This document shows positions 13,212 to 27,744 of a stretch of DNA of 64,000 bases, piece after piece (the first letter of the stretch is position 1; the number at the start of each line of letters is the position of its first letter). The position numbers and the translations under genes were made by a program. The DNA is taken from NCBI RefSeq assembly GCF_018350175.1, contig NC_058368.1:93746001-93810000 (forward strand), read 5' to 3'. This stretch comes from Felis catus. Taxonomy: Eukaryota. The notes beneath the pieces are model-generated. The model ran no database searches. It was not told where the DNA came from and saw nothing but the letters and a program-made list of their open reading frames with translations.

Positions 13212-16169
13212 TTACAAGAATCCGTTTGTAGATCTGTTTCTCCTATCAAGTGAACAGTCTCCAACTTTAGCGTGCAGGAGTACTCCCTGGGATGCTTGTC
13301 GTAATGCACACTCTCGGGCCCACACAGAGTTCCATGCAGAACTGGGGAGGGAGCCAGGTATGTGTATTTTTATAAGCATTTTATTTTATTAAAAAAAAAT
13401 TTTTTATAATGTTTTTATTTATTTTTGCGAGAGAGAGAGACAGAGCATGAGCAGGGGAGGGGCAGAGAGAGAGGGAGACACAGAATCTGAAGCAGGCTCC
13501 AGGCTCTGAGCTGTCAGCACAGAGCCCGATGCGGGGCTCAAACCCACAGACTGTGAGATCATGACCTGAGCTGAAGTCGGACGCTTAACCGACTGAGCCA
13601 CCCAGGCGCCCCTATGAGCATTTTATGATGTCACTAATGCAGAGCCTCCTGCCACAGTCATCACACTGAGAGATACACTGCTGGACTGTGATTTATTTCA
13701 GATAAGGGAGGGAAGGAGAGGGCAGAGTGGTTGCTACACGGTAGTCAGCTACATCACAGGCTATGTAGGGGAATATGGAAGGACCCGTGAACAGAAAAAC
13801 TAGGTTGACTGTGGTGTCTTCTAAAATAAAAACCAAATGACTAAACCCTTCCTGGAGAGCAGCTGGGTCCATAAAAACAACATACACAAAAAATGGTCAG
13901 TATTTAGTCCTTTGATTAAAAAAAACAAAACAAAACAAACCTACCCTACCCTAACTTCCGTTACCCAAATACAACTGGCAACAGCAACTCCCAACCAAAC
14001 AACTTTCTAAACCACTTACAAAAAAGAAACCTGTTAATGCACAAAGCTCACCATCCAAGGTTAAATATTCAGCTGAGTTAACTAATAACTACCACCTTTC
14101 AGAAATTCGTATGAAAAAAAGCCACAGGTAAAACTACAAGTACTTTATTTTCATAAAGGCACAGCTATTAGAAAAATTAAAATGTAGTCCTATTTCTAAG
14201 ACTAAAAGAAACAGGGAAATGAAGGAATTTTGCCAAAATGGTGGGTCAGAAAATAAGTGTCTAAATGTCTAGCCTGTTCGGAGCCTTCCAAAGAGTCCCG
14301 TTTCATACCTATCAGTAAGAAGGAACACAGGACCACCACAAGCACTGGTTTCGGACTGTATGCCTGTGCCCAGACACACAGCAGGCACTCAATAATTGTT
14401 TGTACAATAGCAATACTGAGTAAGAATTGTGACCTAGCCAACACATTGTTTTACCTGAAAACTCTGGTATCAGTAGAAATTTTGTGACCAGTCACCTTTG
14501 CTTAAGAGGTCAGAGACCCTTCACAAGCATCTTCAAGTCAATCATGAATCACACACACCTACCACAGAAGAACTTAATGCTAAACCAGAAGTGTGAATCA
14601 GCAAAGAGAAAAACTGAAAAACTGTTAAAAAATCAATACAAAAACTTCTACATACAGATGATCTTCAATGTGGCTACTATGTGTGCTGTAACAAAACAAG
14701 AAATGATACTCTACTCAAATGATAAACATTAGACATATTAACTAATGCGCCAGGACCTTACACATGATTATCTAATATATGATGCCTGATGTAGATTCTA
14801 AGATTGTATTAAAGTTGTTAAATCAGTTTAATCAGTTTTTGCAGCTTTACTTATTCTATGAGCACCGTTACACAGTTTACCAACATGCACTAGTATATAT
14901 ATATGGTTTTGTCCATGCTGGAATTTTAAACAGAGCAATCAAACACTGGCATTTAGAAAATGCAACCACAGACCTAAAATGATAGCTACAACTTTAACAG
15001 TCACAATAGAGGTTTTTTATCCAAATGCTTCAAATTCACATTTTTTTTTTTTACTTTTTTAATATTTGTTTATTTTTGAGACAGAGCGGTACTGGGGGAG
15101 GGGCAGAGAGAGGAGACACAGAATCAGAAGCAGGCTCCAGGCTCTCGACTGTCAGCATAGAGCCCCACGTGGTGTTTGAACCCATGAATGGTGAGATTAT
15201 GACCTGAACCGAAGTCGGACACTTAACGGACTGAGCCAGGCAGGCGACCCCCAATTTCACGTAAAATTAACCCCCCTAAAATGTGATTTATTAATATCAT
15301 TTGTTTCATCCCATATCATTCAGTCAATGGAGTCAGTTCTGAAAGCCTTAATTTAGGTCCAGGGATGTGCTCTGCTAGCCAATCAACACCCATGTATGGA
15401 TAAAGGAATATACGTAAGGCTTCACTCTTTCTTTAGCAAGAATGTGTTCGTCCTTCAGGGCTCATCTCACACAACTCAACAAATACTTAGTGCCTCTTAT
15501 ACGAAACTGTATGTCTTGCTCAGCTGTACTCCAGTACCTATCATAATAAATTTGTAGACCACGTAGGCAGAAGGAATCTGTAAACCTTCCAAAACTGACC
15601 CAGTCATGCAGAGTTCAAAATACACCAGGGAATCAGAATTCAGAACATATGGAGAGACGAGAGCAGAACCAATCTGCTCTCGCCTTAGCCCGTCCCAGGC
15701 AGCTTTGGAGGCTCGCTTCAAAACCCAGCAGTGCAGAGCAAAACCGCCTCCTTCTCCTCGTCCCCAGACTTTTACTCTGAATGACTAATTCACAGCTTCT
15801 TAGCCGCAGCCAAATCACACTCCTCAGCCAACTCCAACTCACAAGGCTACAGCAGATACACTTTTCACAGCCTGCTTTACGGAACACTGCACCTCTTCCG
15901 CCAACCTTCTCCTATCTTTCTATTTACAATTCCTGGAAAGTTCATTTCTCCTCAAACCTTTACAGGCTTTGCGCCGCTCCTGCACCTCAAACACCATACA
16001 GATGTTCAGTGCAGAGTTAATAACGTTTTGCAGGAAAGGGGAGCACAGGACAGGCTATCTAAAATACGGAGACAAATTGGTTTGTCTTTTCCCTTTTACA
16101 CTCGGAAGTAATGAGGCCAAGCGATTCACAGCCTACGAGAGGAAGTAAAAAAGGAAGCTCAGAGTTGAC

Positions 16170-16710
<541 letters not shown>

Positions 16711-17101
16711 TTAATCCCTGATTTCTCTCTAGACACTAGACTCAACCTTTTCTCTTCCGAGCCCTACAGGATTGGGGACCCCTCTTAAGCCTCGTAAAAT
16801 TCAGCCCACAAATCCTTCCAGAACTTGTATCCTCGATAATTGGGAGGAAGTGCAAGATCCAAAGCTCCTAGTTTGCTTTGAGAAAATCACGGCCCTAAAG
16901 GGTGGTATATATGAAAACGGATGGATCAGAATAAATTTGCCAACACACCTTTTTGGAAGGTCACAGTTTTAAGCTGAATGGGTAGGGAAAGTAAACCTTC
17001 AAATCCATCTGTGGAGATAAATGTGTTTTAAATAATTATAGACGCTTCAAAGGTTCAGAGACGTTCCTAGTCCTCTCTAGAATACCAGGAATCACTTTAA
17101 A

Positions 17102-17103
<2 letters not shown>

Positions 17104-17140
<37 letters not shown>
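17104..17140. repeat. (CA)n microsatellite upstream of PGGT1B
   Basis: Uninterrupted AC run. Confidence 0.95.
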
Positions 17141-17142
<2 letters not shown>

Positions 17143-20100
17143 TGCAATATACACAGAAGATACATATTCCTAAGTGTGTGCTTCAAGTCTTTTTTTTTTT
17201 TAATGTTTATTTTTGAGAAAGAAAGGGAGAGCACAAGGAAGGGAGGGGCAGAGAGAGAGGGAGACACAGAATCTGAAGCAGGCTCCAGGCTCTGAGCTGT
17301 CAGCACTGAGCCCCCAAGCAGGGCTCAAACTCACAAACGGTGAGATTATGACTTGAACCGAAGTCTGAGGCTTAACGGACTGAGCCATCCAGATGCCTCT
17401 TTTTTGCAAGTCTTAAAAAGATTTTACTCTTCATGCTTGAGTCATGTGTCATCTAGTAGCAATGTTGCGTCCATTTGCCATAGCACAAAATGTTCAACTA
17501 CCCGTATGTTACAAAATGAAATAAGATGCTATTTTTTTTTTAAAGAGGATCTTAATTTGCTTCTATCATATATTATTCCCTTTAAAAGTTCATGAGGCAA
17601 GGGGCGCCTGGGTGGCTCAGTCGGTTGAGCTTCCGACTTCGGCTCAGGTCATGATCTCATGCTCTGTGAATTCTAGACCCGCGTCTCGCGGTCTGTGAGT
17701 TCCAGCGAGTTCCAGCCCCGTCTCAGGCTCTGTGCTGACAGCTCAGAGCCTGGAGCCTGCTTCAGAGTCTGTGTCTCCTCTCTCACCCTCCCCCGTTCAT
17801 ACTCTCTCTCTCTGTCTCAAAAATAAATATTAAAAAAAAAAAAAAAGTTTATGAGGCAGTCCTTGGGGGAAAAAAATCCACCCAAAGGACAGGCCTGAAC
17901 CCAGGTTCTTTACAGTCAACTAAGCAAGAGAAGTTTGAATATAATTTTGATTGTTCACTTTCTTAGAAAATCTACTACTTAAAATAAGTACTGCGTGGGC
18001 AGGAATTGTCTTCTACTTACTCAATAATCCAAAGCACCTAATTTTAGGCCCTAGTAATTACTTATTCACTGACAAACTGCATTAACAAAGGGCTGGGTAT
18101 GGGCAGAGGGCTGTTCTGGGTGCCTCCTTACAAATAGGTCCCGTTGCTTGGTTTCCAGGTATGCCCAGCAGAGAGGAGTTTTCATTTGGTGATTACAGTT
18201 GAGATCTTTTTCTTACACTTACAAACATGTCTGAAGATGTTCAAAATGGAGTCATATCACACACATTTAACTAGAACGAACAATGCAGTCTATAAATGCT
18301 CTGAAAGATGATCCTACTCAACCGGGCCCTTAATGGGAACCCAAATATTTCATTTGATTCTCAGCTCAAGAACCAGCAATCTCATCCAATTCAGAGAGGG
18401 TGGACTCACTGAGAATAATATCATATGCCTACTAGGTACGGATAGGACTTTTGAGGGGTGATTTTGACCACACAAGTTGCTGACGCATGCATCACAGAAT
18501 CTAACCCCCATGTAAAATGCCACTCTACATGATTAGGTAAGAAGTATAATTAGCTCAAGTTTTCAAAGTATAGGAATGATACAACATCTATATAATGGAA
18601 CATTGTTCAGCCGTTAAATAATAATGTTGGAAATATATAGAAACAGAAAAGCATGTGTAACATAATGTTAAGTAATTTAGTATAGTAAATAAAATGTACT
18701 CTACATAGTTATTTTATTTTAGGGTTTATTTTGAGAGAGAGAGAAAGAGTGCACACAGCAGAAAGGCAGAGAGAGAGGGAGAGAGAGAATCCCAAGCAGG
18801 CTCCATGCTGCCAGTGCAGACCCTGATGCGGGGCTCAAGCTCAGAAAGTGTGAGATCACGACCTGAGCCCAAATCAAGAGTCAGACACTTAATTGACTGA
18901 ACCACCCAGGTGCCCCTCTTTGTAGCTACTTTAAGATATGCAGGTATATTTTTGGAAAAAGTTACCCTGGAGTGGTAGAATTATGGGTGCTTTATTAATA
19001 TTTTCCCTTTAGGGTTTTTTCTAAATTTCTTATTCCTATCTTTTTTAAACCAGTATAAGAAATGTTTATTTTGCCCTTCTATGAGCCTGTAACTGAGATA
19101 TTATGTTTATGCTACATCCTTTATATAAAGGAACCATATAACAAATCCCTCACTTATTTTAGACTCAGAAGGACTGGTTTTGTCAAAGAAAATCCCATAT
19201 TTTTATTAAGAAACAAACCAAAAAACAGACAAAAAGCCATAAGAATCACCGGACCTGGTATGCTTCCCTTAGATGCAGGAAATGGAGAGCTGCCTTTGTG
19301 TGCAACAAAAAGCAACATGTTCAAAAACCATACATAAGAAACCTTCCTTTTGGGTATCTTGTAGTAGTTCCATTCTGTTTTTAAAATCCGTTGTCCACGT
19401 CTATATTTTATTTCTAAACTGCCTCCAATCATTTAATAAAAAGAGTTCTAGAGAACAAAGACTACAAATAAAACAGGCATTCCTGATTAAGGATATTTTA
19501 TGTTATTTCACTCATTTTGCAGCAATAATTGTGTTATCAGAATTCAGTCTCCAAAATTTGGATGTCATCTACTTTGACTATTAACTGTGAGATAAGACAA
19601 GGTTTTGGCCACTACTAATAGTAAATTTCTAGGTCAAATGACCTAGATATGTCAAATTACAATTAAAGATATTCTAAGACGAGCGCCTGGGTGGCTCAGT
19701 CGGTTGAGTGGCTGACTCTTGATTTCAGCTCAGGTCATGATCTCTCGGTTTCGTGGGTTCAAGCCCAGCATTGGGCTCTGTGTACAGTACAGCACAGAGC
19801 CTACTTGAGATTCTCTATCCCCCTCTCTCTGCCCCTCCCCTGCTCACGCTCTGTCTCCCTCAAAATAAATAAATAAACTTAAAAAAAAAAGATATTCGAA
19901 GAGAAAAATTAAAAGCAATGAGTTTCCTACATTTACCATGGACATGGTACCATTCCTATATGATAGGAACTGATTAAAAGTAGGAACTAAGATTTTATAA
20001 TATGAAAAGTTGAGTCAAACTAAGTTGTGTTTTCATGCACATAAATTTGGAAATGTTAAAATTCAATCTTTTCACCAAATATTTTGAACCAAACAGAAGC

Positions 20101-20324
20101 AGTAAAAAAAACTGCACCAGCCAGGAAGATGTGAAAGACACAAAGGTTTTATAAATGTGTGAAGTCCAGAAAGGCTTTTTTCCCCTTTAGGCAAATTTGG
20201 AATAGCTAAACGAAACCAAAAAGATATTGGGAATACAAATAACAGGTTATATATGAGGGGAGGCATATTTTTTTTAATAAATATTCTCTATAAAACAAAG
20301 CATGCTTCAAACAAATACAAAATG

Positions 20325-20330
20325 TTTATT
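20325..20330 (-). terminator. Candidate polyadenylation signal AATAAA of CCDC112 (a more proximal one at 20518-20523)
   Basis: TTTATT on + strand about 510 nt and 315 nt after the stop, in an AT-rich, repeat-free 3' UTR-like stretch. Confidence 0.55.
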
Positions 20331-20834
20331 ACACAAAAATGTAGTAACTGAACAAACGGCCAATTTGTTAAACTTAGAAAAGTACCAACTTATTTCCAAA
20401 AAAAAAAAAAAAAAAGGAAAACCTTTACATTTTTCTTACTTAAGCTGATTCATCTCCAAGTTATAAATGTTACAAAATTTTTGTTTAAAAAAAAATGTTC
20501 CCCTATGATTGTCCCAGTTTATTTTGCTATGCCATGACAAAAACAAAGAATCTTTGAAATGTTCCGAGTATTAAAATGAAGCAATGTTTGTAACATCAAC
20601 TTATTCGGGGAAACTTTTACATCAGCAACAGGCCAGCATACCCATGAAATACCCTCTTAGTATAAACAGGAAATACGACAACGCCGCATGAAACTCAATA
20701 CCTATCGGTTCACATACAACACAATTATCACTCTGACTGGGTTTAGGGCTATTGAAAGAACATGGTTAGTGACTCTCTCCTGGTATGACTGAGTATGTTG
20801 ACATTCTCATCAACTGAGTATCAACTTCATTATC

Positions 20835-20877
20835 TCATATTCTTTTCTCAATTCCTTGTCTCCAGGTTGGGATGGCC
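20835..20877 (-). CDS. CCDC112: CCDC112 coding exon 10 (terminal, stop TGA at 20837-20835)
   Basis: ttttag|G; (R)AIPTWRQGIEKRI*; 43 nt. The ten exons sum to 1590 nt = 529 codons + stop with no frame break. Confidence 0.94.
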
Positions 20878-21085
20878 CTAAAAAGAAGAAGGGCAATTAT
20901 AAATACAAAGGAAATTAAAAAAAAAAATCCTAACTAATTAAATACTAACTTAAAAAAAGTATAAGGATTTACTTGATCAACTTTTTGCTGTAAAATGTAG
21001 CATACATACAGAAATTGCATAAAATATAAACATGTAGTTATTAAATTATTATAAAGGGGACAGCCACTCTCACTCCTTTTTTTAC

Positions 21086-21204
21086 CTGTGTGGAATCTGC
21101 AGAAGCGGCCCAGAGCCTGTGGGTCCTGTCTTTTTGGTCCTTTCCTCCCAACCTTTGGTAGGTCTGTAAAGCCTAGAGGGATCTCTACTAATGTTGTTTT
21201 CAAC
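21086..21204 (-). CDS. CCDC112: CCDC112 coding exon 9
   Basis: ttatag|GTT; VENNISRDPSRLYRPTKGWEERTKKTGPTGSGPLLQIPH(R); 119 nt; donor AG|GTAAAA, phase 2. Confidence 0.95.
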
Positions 21205-22685
21205 CTATAATCAGAAATAAAATGAATGCCAGTTGATTTATATAAACTATTTATACAAACTAGTTTGGACTAGTGGGTGAGATCCCTAGTAACAGCAAGC
21301 AGTTTTAAGAAGCATCCTCAATATTAGCCAAACAGAAATAAAACTGTTAGTAACATTTTCACCATAAACTTGTTTTTAAAATTTTATTTATTTTTTTTAA
21401 AGTTTATTTATTTATTTGTGAGACAGAAACAGGATGGGGGGTGCAGAGTGAGAGAGAGAGAGAGAGACAGAGAGAGAGAAAGAGAGAGAAAGAGAATCAT
21501 AAGCAGGCTCCGAGCTGTCAGCAGAAGCCCGATGCGGGGCTTGAATTCATGAAACCATGAGATCATGACCCTGAGCCGAAATCAAGAGTTGGAAGCTTAA
21601 CAAACCGAGCCACCCAGGCACCCCCTTTTCAATAAACTTCTCATTGTGCTTCTAGAGCTAACACAAAATCTGGACTACATCAATCTATTAATAAACTGTT
21701 AATTTAGTTTATTTTTTTCTAATTCAATGATTTTATTGTTTCCATTGTTGTTCTAGTTTTTCTGTTTGTAGCCTGAGGGAAATGTAAGTAGCCAAGTGTG
21801 ATAGTGGGATAGGCAGACAATAACTTTAGGACAAATAACCACCAGAAGTTCTTGATTTTACCCATGAGAGTTACCAACATCTGTGGTTCTGAGTCCTACC
21901 AGGGAGATTAAGCCATGCGCCTAGCTCACTTGGTCTAAAATAGAGGCATATACAGAAAATAAGAAAAACAGAATGAAGACTAGGAAGAGAGAACTAATTC
22001 AGGGTAAATAAAATAACATGCTTCTGGGGTGCCTGGGTGGCTCAGTCAGTTGAGCGTCCGACTTCAGCTCAGGTCATGATCTCATGGTTCGTGAGTTTGA
22101 GCCCCGTGTCGGGCTCTGTGCTGACAGCTCAGAGCCTGGAGCCTGCTTTGGATTCTGTGCCCTCTCTCTCTGCTCCTCCCCTGCTCATACTTTGTCTCCC
22201 TCTCTCTAAAAGATAAATAAAAATTTTTTTTAAAAATTAAAAAAAAATAAAAGAAGGTACTTATAATGTGAAATGGCAGAATTCAAACAACAGTTGCCTA
22301 AGTTGTGCTAAGCTGTGCTTTGTAACATGTAAATACATAAGTATGAAATTTAGAGGAAATGATACAGAAATGGAGCACTGAATATAAAGAAAATGGATTT
22401 TAGGGTCACTGGGTGGCTCAGTCAGTTGAGCATCTGACTCTCGATTCGGCTCAGGTCAGAATGTTACAGTTCGTGGGATCGAGCCCCATGTCAGGCTCTG
22501 CACTGACAGCGCAGAACCTGCTTGGGATTCTCTCTCCCCCTGCCCCTCCCCCACTCACACTCTATCTCTTTTTCTCTCAAAATAAATAATTGTTTTTAAA
22601 GAAAATAGATTTTATGCTTGTATCCTTACCAATCAAGGAATCAGGACAGTAACAATAAAAATAAAGAAATCTCAGCAGGCAGTAC

Positions 22686-22781
22686 CTTTTCTTTTAATTT
22701 TGCCAGTCTTCTTTGTTTTTCTGCCTTTTCTTCTTCCTTTGACTGTCTGTCTAGAATTTTCAGTTCAAGTTTATGTAAATC
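22686..22781 (-). CDS. CCDC112: CCDC112 coding exon 8
   Basis: ttttag|GAT; DLHKLELKILDRQSKEEEKAEKQRRLAKLKEK; 96 nt; donor AAG|GTACTG. Confidence 0.95.
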
Positions 22782-23505
22782 CTAAAAAATACACACCAAC
22801 AAAAGAAGGATAACATTAAGAAAACAAAGTTGATCAGAATTTGTTTCAAAGCAGCATTGATGCTGTTCCCTCTGCCAGGAAGGATCCCCCCTTTCTTCTC
22901 TTTCAAGACTCCACTGCGGCATCACCTTCGGTCTGACACAGCTACGAATGCTTCCCTTGCTGCCTATCTAACGCCTCAAGTGCCCAGGCCACACCTCCAG
23001 CACCGCACTCTGCTCTCTCCTAATAAACCCCACGTATTGGAATTAACCCCCTTCCACTGCAGCCTCCCACTTGAACGTCTCCCTTTCCCAGGAGACTATA
23101 ATTGCTACAAATTAGGGAGCACAGCTTTCTCATTTGGCTTATGTGAATGCTGGGTACGGGCCTGGCACATGAGAAGCACTCAATATTCGCTGACCTCAAT
23201 CTGGAAGTAACACCTCTACGTGCAGCATCAAAGATCCAGGGGGCCACCTGGGTGGCTCAGTCAGTTGATCGTCCGACTCTTGATTTCGGCTCAGGTCGTG
23301 ATCCCACGATTCGTGGGATCGAGCCCTGTGTAGAGCTCCGTGCCGGGCGTGGAGCCTGCTTAGGATTCTCTCTCCTCCTCTCTCTGCCACTCCCCTGCTC
23401 TCACGCATGTGTTCTCTCTCCTTCTCCCTCTGCCCCTCAAAATAAATAAATACACTTAAAAAAAAAAAAAAAAAGAAACCGGATTCAGGAACCCTATTTA
23501 CTCAC

Positions 23506-23919
23506 TCTCTCTTGAAACCTGGAAATCTCCTCAGCAGCCATTTTCCTTTTTTCTGCCTTTTCCGTCTTTTCCCTAATCTCCTTTTCCAGTCTCAGAAATT
23601 CTTCCTGTTCCTTCTTCTGCTGGGTGTAACTTTCCAGTAGTAATTTTAGTTTAAACTGGCGCTGGTGCTCTTTCTGTCGCTTCTTCTCTTTCTCTTCCTC
23701 TTCTTCTTTCACCTGGGAGGCACGCCTCACTGACATTTCTATACTTTTCTGCTTTTTCCAAGCTTCAACTGCCAATTTCTGCTTCTTTCTTTGTTCCTCT
23801 TTTCGCTTTTGATTATCTTTTTTATTGTGAAAGAGCAGAGATATGTTCTCTGCCTTTTCCTTTAACTTAAAAATTTCCTCCTTCTTTTGCTGCTTTTTGG
23901 TTTTCCAGTTCTGAATAGA
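23506..23919 (-). CDS. CCDC112: CCDC112 coding exon 7
   Basis: cttag|TCT; SIQNWKTKKQQKKEEIFKLKEK...LAVEAWKKQKSIEM...EEISRFQER, Lys/Glu-rich coiled coil; 414 nt; donor AGA|GTGAGT; overlaps ORF 23494..23775. Confidence 0.96.
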
Positions 23920-24032
23920 CTAAGTGATTTAAAAAAGATAGCAAGAGAAAAACTTTTTTAATAACCAAGAGCGCTCTTTAAAAAAATTTTTTTTAACATT
24001 TATTTATTATTGAGAGAGCAGGAGCAAAGAGA

Positions 24033-24086
<54 letters not shown>

Positions 24087-24478
24087 CAGATTCCGGAGCA
24101 GGCTCCAGGATTCGAGCTGTCAGCACAGAGCCTGATGTGGGTCTCAAGCTCACCAACTGCGAGATCATAACCTGAGCCGAAGGTGGATGCTTAACCGACT
24201 GAGCCACCCAGGCACCTCTAACCAAGAGCACTTTAAAATGCAACCTCAGGGAGCCTGGGCGACTCAGTCGGTTAAGCGTCCAACTCTTGATTTGAACTCA
24301 GGTCATGATCTCACGGTTGTGAGATTGAGCCCCACATCGGGCTCTGTGCTGACACAGCAGAGCCTGCTTGGCATTCTCTCTCTCCCTCTCTCTCTGCCCC
24401 TTCCCTGCTCATGCTGGCATGCTCTCTCAAAATAAATAAATAAACTTTAAAAAAATGCAACGTCAAATCCATCTTTCT

Positions 24479-24707
24479 TTTTTTTTTTTTTAATTTTTTT
24501 TTTTCAACGTTTATTTATTTTTGGGACAGAGAGAGACAGAGCATGAACGGGGGAGGGGCAGAGAGAGAGGGAGACACAGAATCGGAAACAGGCTCCAGGC
24601 TCTGAGCCATCAGCCCAGAGCCTGACGCGGGGCTCGAACTCACGGACCGCGAGATCGTGACCTGGCTGAAGTCAGACGCTTAACCGACTGCGCCACCCAG
24701 GCGCCCC
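24479..24707 (-). mobile_element. Young felid CAN-SINE, CCDC112 intron 6
   Basis: Full-length, CpG-rich, TSD caaatccatcttt on both sides. Confidence 0.93.
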
Positions 24708-24806
24708 AGCAAATCCATCTTTCTAGAAAGAATATTGATTGCAGAATGCCATTTCCTTAGGTTTTAAAGCTTTTTTTTTCCCCTGTGCAAATGCAATTTT
24801 CTACTT

Positions 24807-24956
24807 ATGTTTTATAAAAAATGAATATCTTTTGAACAGCGAATAGTGGTTTATCCTTTTGGCCTTCCTCCTCCTGTCTGATGTTTTATAAAAAATGAAT
24901 GTATCTTTTGAACAGTGAATAGTGGTTTATCCTTTTGGCCTTCCTCTTCCTGTCTG
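24807..24956. repeat. Direct tandem duplication, 74 + 76 bp
   Basis: atgttttataaaaaatgaat...ttcctc(c/t)tcctgtctg twice (24807-24880, 24881-24956). Confidence 0.95.
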
Positions 24957-27744
24957 AATCCCCAGGTTCACATGGACTGTACCTCATCAGGTATCCTTCT
25001 CTCCTTTACCACCTTTGCTTGTGTGTTCATGGGGAACATCTGTTTCCTCCAATTATCTCGCTCTGTTTCCAAATCCTCTTTCTAGGCTTAGAATACTTTC
25101 TGAGTGACGTTTCTCTGGTCAAATATCAGAAGAGGAATTAAAAAAGGGCTGGTTGAGGGGCACCTGGTGGCTCAGTTGGTTGAACATCTGACTTCGGCTC
25201 AGGTCATGATCTCATGGTTCATGGGTTCGAACCCTGCATCAGGCTCTGCGCTGACACCTCAGAGCCTGGAGCCTGCTTTGGATTCTGTGTCTCCCTGTCT
25301 CTCTCTGTCTCTCACAAGTAATAAATTAATAAACTTTATTAAGAAATAAAAATAAAAATGGGCTGTTTGAGAGCATGAGGTCTGAAGCCAGGCTATTTGG
25401 GACCAAACCCTGGTTCTGACATTTAGTAGGTGTGAACTTGGATGAGTCACTAAACTTCTCTGTCCTCGTGTTGCTCCTGTTGTAAATAGGCTTGTCATGA
25501 AGATGAAGTGAGTCAGTGCCTGGCACATAATGATTCAGAGGTGTGAAGAAAAAAAGTAAAATCGCTTCACTGCATTACATATGGGTACATAAATATTATT
25601 GAAAATTCTAGCGGCCTTCTGGCAGCCATAAAAGATACATCTACTGAATTTTTTGCCCTCAAGTCAGGAAACCATTTCTTCATCTTTTCTCATGGTGTAT
25701 CACTCATTCATTAAATAAATCCCTGTGGTATATGTACCATACGCGAGGCAAAGTGATCGGAGCCATGGACGATTAAAACAATAGCAAATGCCACTTTGTA
25801 CATAGTTACTCAAAGTGCAGGCCCACAAACGTATCGGGAATTCATGCCAGAATGTAGATCAATGCATTGCTTTCTTCAACAAGAAAGTTTTCTTTGGAAA
25901 AAAAGGGAACTGAACCAAACAGTATGCTTACTGAGTAGACGGTTCTAGTGCAATCGCTTTATCCTACTGGAAACCCGTAACACTTTACAAACCCAGCCAG
26001 TCCCTGGATCAAGCACTGCTCTAGATGAGGTAGGTGCAAACACACCAGAACACAGAACGTGCCCTCGCACATCATAAAAGAGGTATACACGAGGTGTCTG
26101 TGGATCCTGAGGGGGCCTCCTGTGTGTGAGTGGGCAAGCGGGAAGTAACACCTGATCTGGGCGGGTTTTGAGAGGCTGGCGGTGGAGGGGAAAACAAAGA
26201 AGGGAGGGTCTAGAAAGAGAGAATAGGACAAACAAGGGTACTCAGGCCAGAAGGTTCAGGGCACGTCTGAAAGTAAGTATCTTCATTGGGGCAAAACACG
26301 GGACATGTGAAGGGACGTGGGAGAAACAAATGGAAAATTTCCCACGTATCATCTTAAACTCAGTAGAGTTTAAACTACATTCCTGACGCTCTCCCCCAAG
26401 CTTCTCTCTTCTCCTCCACCATGTCCTACTTCAGTAAATGGCCCCTCAACTTGCATACTCCATCCGCCTCACTCCTACATTCAGGCTGTCACCAAACACC
26501 AGGATACAGAGCGGCTGGGAAGAAGAGCCAGCTAGAATCCAGGTGGTTTACCTTTATGACAAGAAGCACTGTGTCTGCTCCCTTCCCTGGAGAGATGGCT
26601 CTCAAACGTTAGCTCGTAACAGCACAGCCAAGTGGCCTTGTGACAACACAGACTGCTGGTCCCACACCCCGAGTTCAGATTAGGTCTGGGGTTGGGGCCC
26701 TATGACTTCTAACAAGTCCCCAGGTAACGCTGACTTTCCTGGTCCATGGACCATTTTGCTGGTCCAGGGACCCCATGTTTTCAGTATCCTGGGAAAAAGG
26801 CCCAAATAATTTTTAATAGCTTGCTATTTTGAGGTTTTTAAAATGACTTGTTTCAGGGGCGCCTGGGTGGCTCAGTCGGTTAAGAGTCTCCTGATCTCGG
26901 TTTAGGTCAGGATCTCAGTTTGTGAGATTGAGCTCTTCATTGGGCTCTGTGCTGACAGCACAGAGCCTGCTTGGGGATTCTCTCTCTCCCTCTTTGCTCC
27001 TCTCCCATGTTTGCACATGTGCTCTCTCTCTTAAAACAAATTTTTAAAAAAGACTTGTTTCAAAAAAATTTTCTTAAAGTCCCAAATATCAATTTTCCTA
27101 CATTCAACTTATTTTGAAGGAAAAAAACACAACAATGAACCCCAGTTATTTTCCCTAAGGTTTTATTTTTAAAAGCTATTTTTTATGTTTATCTATTTTT
27201 GAGAGAGAGAGAAAGACAGGAAGAACAGGAGGAGCAGAGAGAGGGGGACAGAGGATCTGAAGAGAGCTCCATGCTGACAGCAGAGAGCTCAACGCAGGGC
27301 TCGAACTCATAAACCGTGAGATCATGACCTGAGCCGAAGTCAGATGCTTAACCGAATGAGCCACCCAAGCCCCTTTTAAGATTTTACATTAAAAGCATGT
27401 AGGGGCGCCTGGGTGGCTAAGTCCATTAAGCGAATCTGACTTAGGCTCAGGTCATGATCTCCCAGTTCCTGGGTTCGACCCCAAAGGCCCCACGTCGGCT
27501 CTGTGCTGACAGCTGGGAGCCTGGAACCTGCTTCAGATTCTGTGTCTCCCTCTCTCTCTCTGCCCCTCCCCTGCTCTCACTCTCTCTCTCTTTCTCTCAA
27601 GAACAAACATTAAAAAAAAAACTTTAAACATGGAATCAACATTTCTTTAATGCTCCTTAGGTATGTCATCTGTTGAACAGTCATACCTTTGCTGAACCTA
27701 GATGATGTTTATTATAGCTGAAGTCCACAAAAAAGTGACTCAGA

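Noticed and set aside
13419..13601. Recurrent MAQSVKRPTSAQVMIS... ORFs throughout the window
   Set aside because: Translations of CAN-SINEs, not a gene family.
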